Assembly: GCA_964465145.1 (NCBI GenBank)
Contig: CAYXJR010000013.1
Location: 6,766-70,765, forward strand
From: an uncultured Porphyromonadaceae bacterium
GTDB taxonomy: Bacteria > Bacteroidota > Bacteroidia > Bacteroidales > UBA12481
Reading direction: 5' to 3'
Length of the DNA: 64,000 nucleotides
Position numbers and translations under genes: made by a program
Shown: piece by piece, positions 29,965-39,050 of the stretch
Layout of the letters: every line of letters starts with the position of its first letter
How positions within the stretch are numbered: the stretch's first letter is position 1
Notes under the pieces: generated by a model
What the model was told of the DNA's origin: nothing
Databases searched by the model: none
What the model saw: the letters and a program-made list of their open reading frames with translations, nothing else

Positions 29965-31423
29965 GCCCTTTTTTCAGCGAACGCCTGCCAAAGCTAAGGA
30001 TTTTTTTAAACAGCAGGAAATAGGATTCCCCGCTCATAATTTTAGAGTCCTGGTTGGATTTTACTGTTAGAAAAAAGCCAAGTGGAATCAGTATCAAGAT
30101 GGCACCCCACATTCCTACCCAGGAAGGGACGAAACCTGCACGGGAATATTTCTCCCCAGCCATGGAAAGTATATGGTATGCCAGGAAAAAGACTACAGAA
30201 ACCACCATTGGTGTCCCTAGCCCTCCCTTTCGAATGATGGCTCCAAGTGGAGCTCCGATGAAAAAGAATAGTATGCAAGCCGTTGCATATGTTAACATAC
30301 GGTTCCACTCATTCCAGTACATATTCACCCATTTCCTCCTTATTTGCATTGTATCATAAGAATTATTCAGTTTGTCCTTGACTGAACGGGCAAAGTTTTG
30401 AGCTTGCTTGTATACCTCTAGTTGGTCTTGCAAAGGAAGGGCACTAACCAGGTCAATAGGATTTGTTATTGTATCAGGCTTCGCGTAGTAGTTTGAATCT
30501 TCCCGGGCTTCTTTTTTATTTTCAAGGCGAAAATATTCCTGTTCAAGCAGTTCGTGGCCAACTTTATTTTTCCTCCATAACATTTCGCCGTAAAGCCCAT
30601 TGGCCGTGTCTTTTAGCTGACCCATGTTGAGCATTTGATAGTAATTTTTATATAGGTCTTCACGGCTACGGTTTAATTCTGATCCCGGTAAATTGAACAA
30701 GATTTGCTGATTCGCAAATGCATCCTGGCGCAGGGGTTTATTTTCCTGGATATTATTGTCATCCGAAAGTTGTTCTGCATAACTATAGCCGCTAAATAAA
30801 TTTAGGATTAGATTTTTTTCATCCTCGGTTATCCTCATGTATCCAGAGTCGGCCCTGGTCAAGGCAACATTGCCTTTATTTTTGGTATGATCATATATCA
30901 TAAGATCATATAGGATCTTACCATCTTTACTCCTATCTCCTATATACAGGCTGTATCCTTCTATCCCATTATAGAATAGCCCTTCGCGAATATCAAACTC
31001 CGGCCTTTGCTGCCGGATATCGAGGAGTAGGGTAAAGAACTTCAAATTAGTGACCGGAATCACATAATTGGAGAATAAAAATGATCCTGCTCCTATTAAT
31101 AGCACAATAATAAAAATAGGATACATAGTTTTAACCAGAGAAATTCCGGATGATTTCAGGGCTGTCAGTTCATTATGCTCGCCCAGGTTTCCGAAAGTCA
31201 TGATTGAGGAGAGCAAAACACCAAGGATTAAAGCTTGGGGGATTAGTTTTGCTGTGACATAAGTAATCAATTCGACAATTACTTTCCATTCAAGGCCTTT
31301 GCCAACCAGTTCATCGATCCATTTCCATACGAATTGCATGATCAGTACGAACATCGCAATGGCGAAGGTCATAACAAAAGGGCCTAAAAAGGATTTGATC
31401 ATGTATTTATGGAGCCGCTTCAT
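29939..31423 (-). CDS. LptF/LptG (YjgP/YjgQ) family LPS export permease
   Basis: Three N-terminal and three C-terminal TM helices flank a large periplasmic domain. The N-terminus YMIKSFLGPFVMTFAIAMFVL is typical of the family. Confidence 0.8.
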   Translation of the reverse strand: MKRLHKYMIKSFLGPFVMTFAIAMFVLIMQFVWKWIDELVGKGLEWKVIVELITYVTAKLIPQALILGVLLSSIMTFGNLGEHNELTALKSSGISLVKTMYPIFIIVLLIGAGSFLFSNYVIPVTNLKFFTLLLDIRQQRPEFDIREGLFYNGIEGYSLYIGDRSKDGKILYDLMIYDHTKNKGNVALTRADSGYMRITEDEKNLILNLFSGYSYAEQLSDDNNIQENKPLRQDAFANQQILFNLPGSELNRSREDLYKNYYQMLNMGQLKDTANGLYGEMLWRKNKVGHELLEQEYFRLENKKEAREDSNYYAKPDTITNPIDLVSALPLQDQLEVYKQAQNFARSVKDKLNNSYDTMQIRRKWVNMYWNEWNRMLTYATACILFFFIGAPLGAIIRKGGLGTPMVVSVVFFLAYHILSMAGEKYSRAGFVPSWVGMWGAILILIPLGFFLTVKSNQDSKIMSGESYFLLFKKILSFGRRSLKKGHEDPSNHQ

Positions 31424-31479
31424 TTACCTGGTTTATCTTTGAAACGGACGAAGATGGGAATTCTTGTTGAAAAGATCGA

Positions 31480-31863
31480 TTATGAACCAAGATTATGTTT
31501 TAATTCGGCCACCTGCTTTTCCCATAATTCTGAGCTACCCTCTACTTCGTCTTCCTCAGCAAAATCGGTAACATGCAAGAAAACATCCCCAGTGAGATCA
31601 TCCTGGGAAATTCGGAATTCAAAATAACTTTCTTTTTCTGTGGAATCTATCCAGCGAAAGCGGATAAACTTGTTGTCTTTCTTGCCAAGGAGTTCTGCTT
31701 GCTGTTCGTTTCCATCCCAAATAAAGGTAAAGACCGTTCCTTTTAGATTTACATCATCGGCAAACCACTCACTCAAACCACTCGGGGTGCTTAAGCGATA
31801 ATACAATACTTTAGGTGATACATTAATAGGAAATTCAAGTTCAAACTTTTTCGTGTCCGCCAT
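31480..31863 (-). CDS. START-like / SRPBCC (AHSA1-like) domain protein
   Basis: 127 aa. The N-terminus FELEFPINVSPKVLYYRLSTPSGLSEWFADDV resembles Bacteroidota START-like proteins. Confidence 0.55.
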   Translation of the reverse strand: MADTKKFELEFPINVSPKVLYYRLSTPSGLSEWFADDVNLKGTVFTFIWDGNEQQAELLGKKDNKFIRFRWIDSTEKESYFEFRISQDDLTGDVFLHVTDFAEEDEVEGSSELWEKQVAELKHNLGS

Positions 31864-31962
31864 GCTGATTGTATATATAACCTCTGTTTTCGCAATATAA
31901 TAAAATTTACAGTATTAAATTCAAAATCTCACAGTGTTTTCCCAATACTTTTGAAAAAATCC

Positions 31963-31970
31963 TATATTTG
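31963..31970 (+). promoter_or_regulatory. -7 promoter box TATATTTG upstream of the tRNA
   Basis: Exact TAnnTTTG match 16 nt upstream of tRNA position 1. Confidence 0.45.
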
Positions 31971-31986
31971 CATCCGCTAAAGAAAA

Positions 31987-32060
31987 GGCGAGGTAGCTCA
32001 GCTGGTTAGAGCGTATGATTCATAATCATGAGGCCGGGGGTTCAAGTCCCCCTCTCGCTA
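31987..32060 (+). tRNA. tRNA with CAU anticodon (elongator tRNA-Met type; tRNA-Ile2 not excluded)
   Basis: Hand-folded cloverleaf of 74 nt. Acceptor GGCGAGG/TCTCGCT, D-arm GCTC-AGCTGGTTA-GAGC, anticodon arm TATGA-TTCATAA-TCATG, T-arm GGGGG-TTCAAGT-CCCCC. CCA is not encoded. It lacks the GGG/CCC anticodon stem of initiator tRNAs. Confidence 0.88.
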
Positions 32061-32061
32061 C

Positions 32062-32095
32062 AAAAGGGGGAAGAGAAATCTATCCCCTTTTTTAT
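32062..32095 (+). terminator. rho-independent terminator after the tRNA
   Basis: AAAAGGGG ... CCCCTTTT stem followed by a T-run (CCCCTTTTTTATT). Confidence 0.6.
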
Positions 32096-32242
32096 TGACA
32101 ACAGCTGGTTAGAGCGCCCCGATTTTTCCTTTGGGACAATTTTCTGATTTATCTTAACAAGTAGTGAAGCGCTTCGCGTGACTTTGAGCTTTTATTACTC
32201 AAAAAATCCCCTTAAATTGATCGGTTCTAAAATCGGATCACC

Positions 32243-35200
32243 ATGAGACCTATTCTCGCTTTATTATTGCTTTCTTTTTTGATTTTTCAAGACGGTATGG
32301 CCCAGAAAGCCACTATTAGAGAAGAAATGTTGGAAATGAAGACATACCCGTTTTCAGAACCAAATCCTGTGCCGGAGATCGGGAGGATTTATCCTTACTA
32401 TTCTTTTGATGGATACACCAGTAAACCAGTTGATCAGAAATGGAAAATGGTGGTGTTGGAGAACGACTATATCAAAGTATATGTTTGTCCGGATATTGGC
32501 GGCAAAGTATGGGGAGCTATTGAGAAATCTACCGGTAAGGAGTTTCTTTATTTTAATCATGTTGTAAAATTCAGGGATGTTGCAATGCGCGGCCCCTGGA
32601 CATCAGGTGGATTAGAATACAATTTTGGGGACATAGGACATATCCCAACCTGTGCTACGCCGGTTGATTACCTAATGAAGGAGAATCCTGATGGAAGTGT
32701 TTCCTGTGTGGTTGGGGCAATTGACCTGCCCTCAGGTACAAAATGGAGTGTAGAAATTTCTGTGCATCCCAATAAAGCATATTTCGAAACTCAAACACGC
32801 TGGTTCAATAAAACCTCCCTTCCATGCACCTACTATCATTGGATGAATGCTGCAGCTAAATCCGCTGGTAACCTGGAATTTATTTATCCGGGAAGTAATT
32901 GGATTGGTCATGGTGGAGCAATTGGCGAATGGCCTCATGAAAATGGACGGGATATTAATTTCTATGAGAACAACAATTTTGGTTCTTATAAATCTTATCA
33001 TGTTTTGAATTCTTATACAGATTTCTTTGGGGGATACTGGCATGATGATGATTTCGGCTTTGTCCATTGGAGTAATTATGATGATAAGCCAGGAAAAAAA
33101 CTATGGATATGGGGCCTTTCCCAGCAAGGAATGATATGGGAGGATCTACTCACCGATAATGATGGCCAGTATATTGAATTCCAGGCCGGTAAGCTATTTA
33201 ATCAGGCTGCCAATAATAGTACGCTTACCCCATTTAAACACAAAGAATTCGCTCCTTATGATACAGATGTAATGCATGAAATGTGGTTCCCACTAAAAGA
33301 AACAGGGGGAATGGTGGCAGTATCTCCAAACGGAGTGCTAAATATTGAAAAGTCAGGGGAGAAGACCAAGGCAATATTTAGTGCTTTTCAGGCAATCGAT
33401 GATGAGTTGCTTATCATTGAAAATGGTGAGATCCTGAGCCAGACAAACCTTAATCTAAAGCCTTTGGAAAAAATGCTTGTCGAATTCATTCCAAAATCTG
33501 AAAATTTTGTGGTATCCCTTGGTGGCAAATTATTGTATTCATCAAATCCAGCCGAAAATATTGTTGAACGCCCGATTGAGCCCAATGAGAAATTTAACTG
33601 GGAATCAGCATACGGCTTATATACCAAGGCATTGGAATTGGAAAAACAACGAATGTATGGCCAAGCCCTGGAAACATACGAATTGGTTTTGCAAAAAGAT
33701 CCTGGATTTCTTCCAGCATTAAACAGATTGGCTTTAGGGCATTACCGCCGGATGAATTATCAGAAGGCATTGCAATATCTTTTGCAATCATTAAGTATTG
33801 ATACTTATGATTCGGAAGCAAACTTTCTCTATGGACTTGTAAACCGAAAGCTTGGCAAATATGTTGAATCTAAGAGCGGGTTTTCAATATCAGCAGCTTC
33901 AGTTAGTTATCGTGCAGCCGCTTATATTGAATTATCAAAACTTTTCCTAACTGAAAGAGATTACATAAAGTCTTTGGAATACGCTGGCAAGGCATTAAAC
34001 TTCAGTGCTGATAACCCGGTAGCTCATCAATTAATGGCAGTTTCATACCGGAAAATGGAAAAATATTCTGACGCTGAAATAAGTCTTGATAAGCTTTATG
34101 AATTAGATGCAACTAATCATTTTGTCAGGTTCGAGCATTTATTATTTGAGAAAACAGAAGAGGCTAAAGAGGTGTTTATTGGCAGTATTACTAATGAGCT
34201 TCCAATTGAGTCTTATATTGATTTGGGAATATTCTATAATGATTTAAATTGCAAAAGTGAAGCCATCACCGTTTTCAACTTAGCACCACATAATCCTGTC
34301 AGAGATATTTGGCTTGCGCGACTAGATGATCAATATGCCAAAACCCATTTGAACAATGTTATTTCTGCTTCACCATACCTGGTATTCCCCTTCAGAAATG
34401 AAACGGCTGAAATATTAGAAGATTTAATTCTTCAGAATGATAATTGGAAATTGAAGTATTACCTGGGACTGATTTATTGGAACAGGGGTCTGACAGATGC
34501 CGCTCTTGACTTATTCAAAGCATGTGGTTCTGTACCGGATTTTGCACCTTTTTATGTTTCCAGAGCTAAACTTCTTAAAAATTCTGAGGAACAATTGGCA
34601 GATATGCTTAGGGCAAATGAACTGGATCAAAAAGACTGGAGGCCTGCAATGGGGCTGGTCGACCTTTATTTGTTGGAGGGGAAGGCTGAAAAGGCGCTCC
34701 CTATTGCAAAAAGATATATGGATGAGTATCCCGAGCAATCAGCTATTGGGCTTGCTTACGCCCGGACACTTATGAAAATGAACAAGTACCAGGAGTCGAT
34801 AAGGTTCCTTGAATCATATTATGTACTCCCTTTTGAAGGAGCAACTGTGGGAAGGGATCTTTTTCATGAAGCCTGTATAAGGGTTGCTAATAATGCATTA
34901 AAAGCAAATAATTTCAAAGAAGCCATATCAGCAGCCAAGAAGGCCCTGGAATGGCCGGTAAACCTCGGAGTTGGAAAACCATATGATGTGGATGAAAGAA
35001 TGGAGAATTATATAATAGCAAGAGGGTATGAAGGACTTAATCAGCAAAAAAAGGCAAATACCTACATCGACAAAATCGCTATGCATCCAAACAATAAATT
35101 TCCAAATGAAGGATCAAAGCTGATATTTCAACTTTTGGCTTTCAATAGGCTGACAAAATTTAACGAAGCAGATAACTTATTTGAATCTATGATTCAAAAG

Positions 35201-35374
35201 TATCCGGATAATCAGTATTTGGAGTGGGTTAAGTTAATATGGTCTGATAAGGGTTCTGAGGCAGGCAAACTTGCAGATCAGATTCTTGGTTTTGCTAAAA
35301 TTGGTATGCCATATAGCACAGATTTCAAGGATGTTGATTTTGAATTGGTGTCAGATATTTTTAAGGAAAAATAG
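32243..35374 (+). CDS. large secreted protein: N-terminal DUF5107-like domain plus a C-terminal TPR array
   Basis: Signal peptide. The N-terminal ~430 aa are rich in W/Y/G beta-sandwich-like blocks (GGLEYNFGDIGH, WIWGLSQQGMIWEDLLTD, QYIEFQAGK) that I associate with DUF5107. Residues ~450-1040 carry many TPR-like repeats. The family assignment is from memory. Confidence 0.6.
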   Translation: MRPILALLLLSFLIFQDGMAQKATIREEMLEMKTYPFSEPNPVPEIGRIYPYYSFDGYTSKPVDQKWKMVVLENDYIKVYVCPDIGGKVWGAIEKSTGKEFLYFNHVVKFRDVAMRGPWTSGGLEYNFGDIGHIPTCATPVDYLMKENPDGSVSCVVGAIDLPSGTKWSVEISVHPNKAYFETQTRWFNKTSLPCTYYHWMNAAAKSAGNLEFIYPGSNWIGHGGAIGEWPHENGRDINFYENNNFGSYKSYHVLNSYTDFFGGYWHDDDFGFVHWSNYDDKPGKKLWIWGLSQQGMIWEDLLTDNDGQYIEFQAGKLFNQAANNSTLTPFKHKEFAPYDTDVMHEMWFPLKETGGMVAVSPNGVLNIEKSGEKTKAIFSAFQAIDDELLIIENGEILSQTNLNLKPLEKMLVEFIPKSENFVVSLGGKLLYSSNPAENIVERPIEPNEKFNWESAYGLYTKALELEKQRMYGQALETYELVLQKDPGFLPALNRLALGHYRRMNYQKALQYLLQSLSIDTYDSEANFLYGLVNRKLGKYVESKSGFSISAASVSYRAAAYIELSKLFLTERDYIKSLEYAGKALNFSADNPVAHQLMAVSYRKMEKYSDAEISLDKLYELDATNHFVRFEHLLFEKTEEAKEVFIGSITNELPIESYIDLGIFYNDLNCKSEAITVFNLAPHNPVRDIWLARLDDQYAKTHLNNVISASPYLVFPFRNETAEILEDLILQNDNWKLKYYLGLIYWNRGLTDAALDLFKACGSVPDFAPFYVSRAKLLKNSEEQLADMLRANELDQKDWRPAMGLVDLYLLEGKAEKALPIAKRYMDEYPEQSAIGLAYARTLMKMNKYQESIRFLESYYVLPFEGATVGRDLFHEACIRVANNALKANNFKEAISAAKKALEWPVNLGVGKPYDVDERMENYIIARGYEGLNQQKKANTYIDKIAMHPNNKFPNEGSKLIFQLLAFNRLTKFNEADNLFESMIQKYPDNQYLEWVKLIWSDKGSEAGKLADQILGFAKIGMPYSTDFKDVDFELVSDIFKEK

Positions 35375-35459
35375 ACTATGAGGTCAATATGTCAGACACG
35401 AGATGTCCATAATATTATGGCAGGGTAATTGTTGAAAGATTGCCAATAAATAAATAATT

Positions 35460-35849
35460 ATGGAAATCTATTTCAACGGGGGCAAACAGGTGTTTGCCGA
35501 TATCAATGGCTTTACAGTAAAAACTGATCAATTGCCTGAAAGTGGGGGAGAAGGACTGTTCCCGGAACCATTTATGTTATTTCTTTCATCTCTGGGGACT
35601 TGCGCAGGTGTTTATGTCAAATATTTTTGCGATCAGAGAGGACTTCCGACAGACCAAATTAAATTGACCCAAGATCTTCAGTATGATACAGAACGTCGAA
35701 TGATAGGCTCAATTTTCATCAATATTCTTGTTCCGTTTGATTTCCCCGAGAAATATGATGCAGCTCTAATTAGATCAGCCAATCAGTGTGCAGTAAAGAA
35801 ACACTTTCATCCCGACATTGAGCTCACAACTAAAGTAGTGCGTTCCTAA
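35460..35849 (+). CDS. OsmC-family protein
   Basis: 129 aa with two conserved Cys contexts (LSSLGTCAGVYV and ANQCAVKKH) typical of OsmC/Ohr-like proteins. Confidence 0.72.
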   Translation: MEIYFNGGKQVFADINGFTVKTDQLPESGGEGLFPEPFMLFLSSLGTCAGVYVKYFCDQRGLPTDQIKLTQDLQYDTERRMIGSIFINILVPFDFPEKYDAALIRSANQCAVKKHFHPDIELTTKVVRS

Positions 35850-35893
35850 AACGACAACACAATATTGTTTCTGAGAAATACCTTTTCAGGCAC

Positions 35894-37321
35894 CTATTTA
35901 TCTTTGACACAGCGTATGCTCAGTCCGGTTATTTTATTGAAATGATCTTTTTCCAGCCAACCATTACATGCGGCGATTTTTCTTAAAAATCCCTCATTCA
36001 CCTCTCTATAAACGTATGAGCTGGACGACCAGAAGAATCCACTTGAATCGAAGCTATAAAATTCACCACGTGTGTGCCTGTCACCTGAAAACTGACCGCC
36101 AAATCCTGAATCTCCTGTTTCCTTTAGGTGTAAACCAGCATCCCCGTGATTAAACTGGGTATCCAGGTCGGCCCAGTCCTGATTTGTGGGAATATGCCAT
36201 CCATCCGGACAGATTCCCTGCACACCTTCCTCCTCTGAGTAACCCATTGCCTCATGCCAGTCGTATAGGGCACCATATAATTCGCAGTTAGCTTCATCGT
36301 TCTCAAAGCAATACTTCTCTATAACTCCATTGTTACTGAGGTTGGAATGATCGGAGCTGGTTGCTGTGCTAGTTACAAAGGTCCCGGTACGAAGGCTCTC
36401 AGACATCCAGCACTGGTTACCAATTTGTACAGTTTTATAAATATTACCATCTGCATCCACAACAATTGGGGTGCCAGGACAGGGATTTATTCCCAGTTCC
36501 ATGAAATTCATGCTCACACGGTCTGATTCCGTGCCACATGGGCCGTCAATGGTCCATGTTAGTTCATAATCGAGCTGGGAGCTGTCCTTGCGAAACCATG
36601 CATTAGGATCATGTATATTGGTGAAACTGCCTCCATCTCCGGAAGTGATAGTCCAGGTGCCTAATCCTACCAGAGGCGTATTTGCTTGAAGTTGAACAGT
36701 ATCCGAGGTGATTAATTCCATATCGGGGCCGGCTTGTGCCTTGGTGCTCATAGGCAATACTTCGATCTGGGAATAAACGGTATCACCACAGGTGGTCAGG
36801 GGATCCTGATAATAATATCCAAGCACATGAATGCCAATAGCAGCATCGGTTGGACTAAAACGACCATCGGACACCCCGGGTCCAAAATAATCGCCACCTT
36901 CGGGCATACCCCCGAGAAGTTGGAAATCTCTCTCGTTGATGCAGACCGAATCTTGTGATTGGAACTGCACATAGGGAGGTTCAGAAATGTCAATCGACAT
37001 GATTTCTGAATAGAAGGGGTTGCAATTACCATCCAGAACTTCCAGCCTTACTGAGAATGGATCATTGGCAATCAGCAATATAGTATCACCTGTGGCTTGT
37101 GGAACATTTGTCCAGTCTAAACCGTTGGTTGATTGCTGCCAGGTGATCTGGCCACGATATTGTTCAATATATATGCTCACTGTATCCTGCCTGCAAACTT
37201 TCTCCTGTGCAAATACTGGAGAAAAATATGTACAACAGAGAATGAAACTGACTGCAGCCAGGAACAGGGATTTTTTGATCCCCTTTATATCCATCATTAA
37301 TTTTATTTCCTTCATAATCAC
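35894..37321 (-). CDS. secreted protein with C-terminal FISUMP (Fibrobacter succinogenes major paralogous, TIGR02145-like) domain
   Basis: Signal peptide. The C-terminal block YKTVQIGNQCWMSESL...YGALYDWHEAM...GICPDGWHIPTNQDWADL...GFFWSSS...SIRCVKD matches the FISUMP pattern. Confidence 0.7.
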   Translation of the reverse strand: MIMKEIKLMMDIKGIKKSLFLAAVSFILCCTYFSPVFAQEKVCRQDTVSIYIEQYRGQITWQQSTNGLDWTNVPQATGDTILLIANDPFSVRLEVLDGNCNPFYSEIMSIDISEPPYVQFQSQDSVCINERDFQLLGGMPEGGDYFGPGVSDGRFSPTDAAIGIHVLGYYYQDPLTTCGDTVYSQIEVLPMSTKAQAGPDMELITSDTVQLQANTPLVGLGTWTITSGDGGSFTNIHDPNAWFRKDSSQLDYELTWTIDGPCGTESDRVSMNFMELGINPCPGTPIVVDADGNIYKTVQIGNQCWMSESLRTGTFVTSTATSSDHSNLSNNGVIEKYCFENDEANCELYGALYDWHEAMGYSEEEGVQGICPDGWHIPTNQDWADLDTQFNHGDAGLHLKETGDSGFGGQFSGDRHTRGEFYSFDSSGFFWSSSSYVYREVNEGFLRKIAACNGWLEKDHFNKITGLSIRCVKDK

Positions 37322-37326
37322 TCCTC

Positions 37327-37968
37327 CTAGATTATTTGAATTCTCCGCATAAGAACCTGGGTACCCGTCTTAATTCGGAAAAAATAAACACCCTTTGAAA
37401 ATCCTTCCCCTGCCAGATCAAAGTCTGCTGAGACTGACCCACTGGGTATCCGACGGCTTAAGACCTCCCGCCCCAAGCTATTGATCAGGCTGATCATTAA
37501 ATCCTGCCCCCCAACGGGTAATCCGCTTATGGTAAAGAACCCATAGCTGGGGTTGGGGTAAATCGCCATGTCTTCATTAACCAAGTTCTGATCGATTCCA
37601 AGGCAGAAATCTACGTTTACATTAATAAAATCCATCACCTGACATCCATTACCATCGTTTACGGTAAGAAGGTATTTTGTTGATTGTGTTGGAGCAGCTA
37701 CCGGGTTGGGCGAGGTGGGATCATCGAGGCCGTCAACTGGTGACCACATGTAAATATATTCCTGAGTGCCTCCTGTGGCCGTTGGATTGCCTCCCAATAC
37801 TACACTGTGATCCATACATATAAGGGTATCATGGCCAGCGATGACACTCAGAACGTCAGGCTGATTAAGGACTATCTTGAAAACTTGCCCAAAGCCGCTA
37901 ACCGACAACAGCAGGAGTCCAGATAATATGATAATGTTCTTTCTCATATCAATAAATTTACCGGTCAA
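37327..37968 (-). CDS. small secreted protein with T9SS C-terminal sorting domain
   Basis: Signal peptide. The C-terminus (AIYPNPSYGFFTISGLP...ISLINSLGREV...GVYFFRIKT) is typical of T9SS CTDs. Confidence 0.65.
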   Translation of the reverse strand: MTGKFIDMRKNIIILSGLLLLSVSGFGQVFKIVLNQPDVLSVIAGHDTLICMDHSVVLGGNPTATGGTQEYIYMWSPVDGLDDPTSPNPVAAPTQSTKYLLTVNDGNGCQVMDFINVNVDFCLGIDQNLVNEDMAIYPNPSYGFFTISGLPVGGQDLMISLINSLGREVLSRRIPSGSVSADFDLAGEGFSKGVYFFRIKTGTQVLMRRIQII

Positions 37969-38423
37969 AGGTATGAACTGAGCTTAACTGTTTCAAGCAA
38001 TGTTTTTAACCATCAACCATAATTGTTGACAATCCATTCCATAAAGCAGAAATACTTAATGTAATTCAATGATAATTAACAATATATACAGATTGTTAAT
38101 TTTGTGTTAAGGGTGAATGGGAGCTTGAAGTGTGGAATTCAGAAATTCGATGGCCTATCCTTCCAAAGTTCAGTTTCATTAAAAAAATTCAAAAATAAGG
38201 TATTTAGGAACTTGATAGTTGATATTGTGTGAAAAAACATTCCAATGCCTTTAATCTTCCTGGGGGATGATGTATGAAACGATGTAGTAATTTTCTATCA
38301 TAATCCAGGTCATAAATCTATTAAATTGGATAGGTTTTAAATAATCTACACATCACAAACTGGTTGACCTTCTGCGATACAGGTATTTATATTATCTTTA
38401 CTTCGAACAAAAGATAATGGGAA

Positions 38424-39050
38424 ATGGCAGACCGGGATCTCTTTCAGGGAGGAAAGAAGCTACCTCTGATGGAAGAGTTTTACAGTATACAGGGAGAAGG
38501 TTTCAATACAGGGAAAGCTGCGTATTTCATTCGAATAGGTGGATGTGATATCGGCTGCTCATGGTGTGATTCCAAGAGGTCCTGGCAGGCAGGTATACAC
38601 CCTTTAGTTGAAGTCGACTCTATCATTTCGAGAGTGGTAAAGAGCCCATGTAATTCCCTGTTGGTAACCGGAGGAGAACCTACTTTATATCAGCTGGATT
38701 ATCTTACCAGTCAATCAAAAAAAAAGGAGCTGGTATTATTTTTAGAAACTTCAGGCGCCTATCCTCTCACCGGGCATTGGGATTGGATCTGCCTTTCGCC
38801 AAAAAACCAAAACCCTCCTTTACCTGAATATTATACTAAAGCTCATGAATTGAAAGTTATTATTCATGAATTCAAGGATTTTTTATGGGCTGAAGAAATG
38901 GCCAAGCGGGTTCATTCTGATTGTCACTTATTCTTGCAGCCGGAATGGAGCCGGAAAGATGAAATGATACAAGCAATAATTGTATATATAAGGGAAAATA
39001 CAAAGTGGCGGATTTCCATGCAAACGCACAAGGTCTGGGGCATACCATAG
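38424..39050 (+). CDS. queE: 7-carboxy-7-deazaguanine synthase (radical SAM)
   Basis: N-terminus EEFYSIQGEGFNTGKAAYFIRIGGCDIGCSWCDS (Cx3Cx2C). 208 aa, the short QueE form. Confidence 0.85.
   Translation: MADRDLFQGGKKLPLMEEFYSIQGEGFNTGKAAYFIRIGGCDIGCSWCDSKRSWQAGIHPLVEVDSIISRVVKSPCNSLLVTGGEPTLYQLDYLTSQSKKKELVLFLETSGAYPLTGHWDWICLSPKNQNPPLPEYYTKAHELKVIIHEFKDFLWAEEMAKRVHSDCHLFLQPEWSRKDEMIQAIIVYIRENTKWRISMQTHKVWGIP

Noticed and set aside
32096-32242. tRNA-adjacent region as the attachment site of an integrated mobile element
   Set aside because: No integrase or other mobile genes are adjacent. The duplicated segment is the tRNA D-arm (5' part), not the 3' end used by tRNA-targeting integrases.
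37969-38423. Possible preQ1 riboswitch or hidden small gene upstream of queE
   Set aside because: I could not find the preQ1 aptamer core, and all ORFs are about 15 codons or shorter. I kept only the note that the region is unusually long for non-coding sequence.
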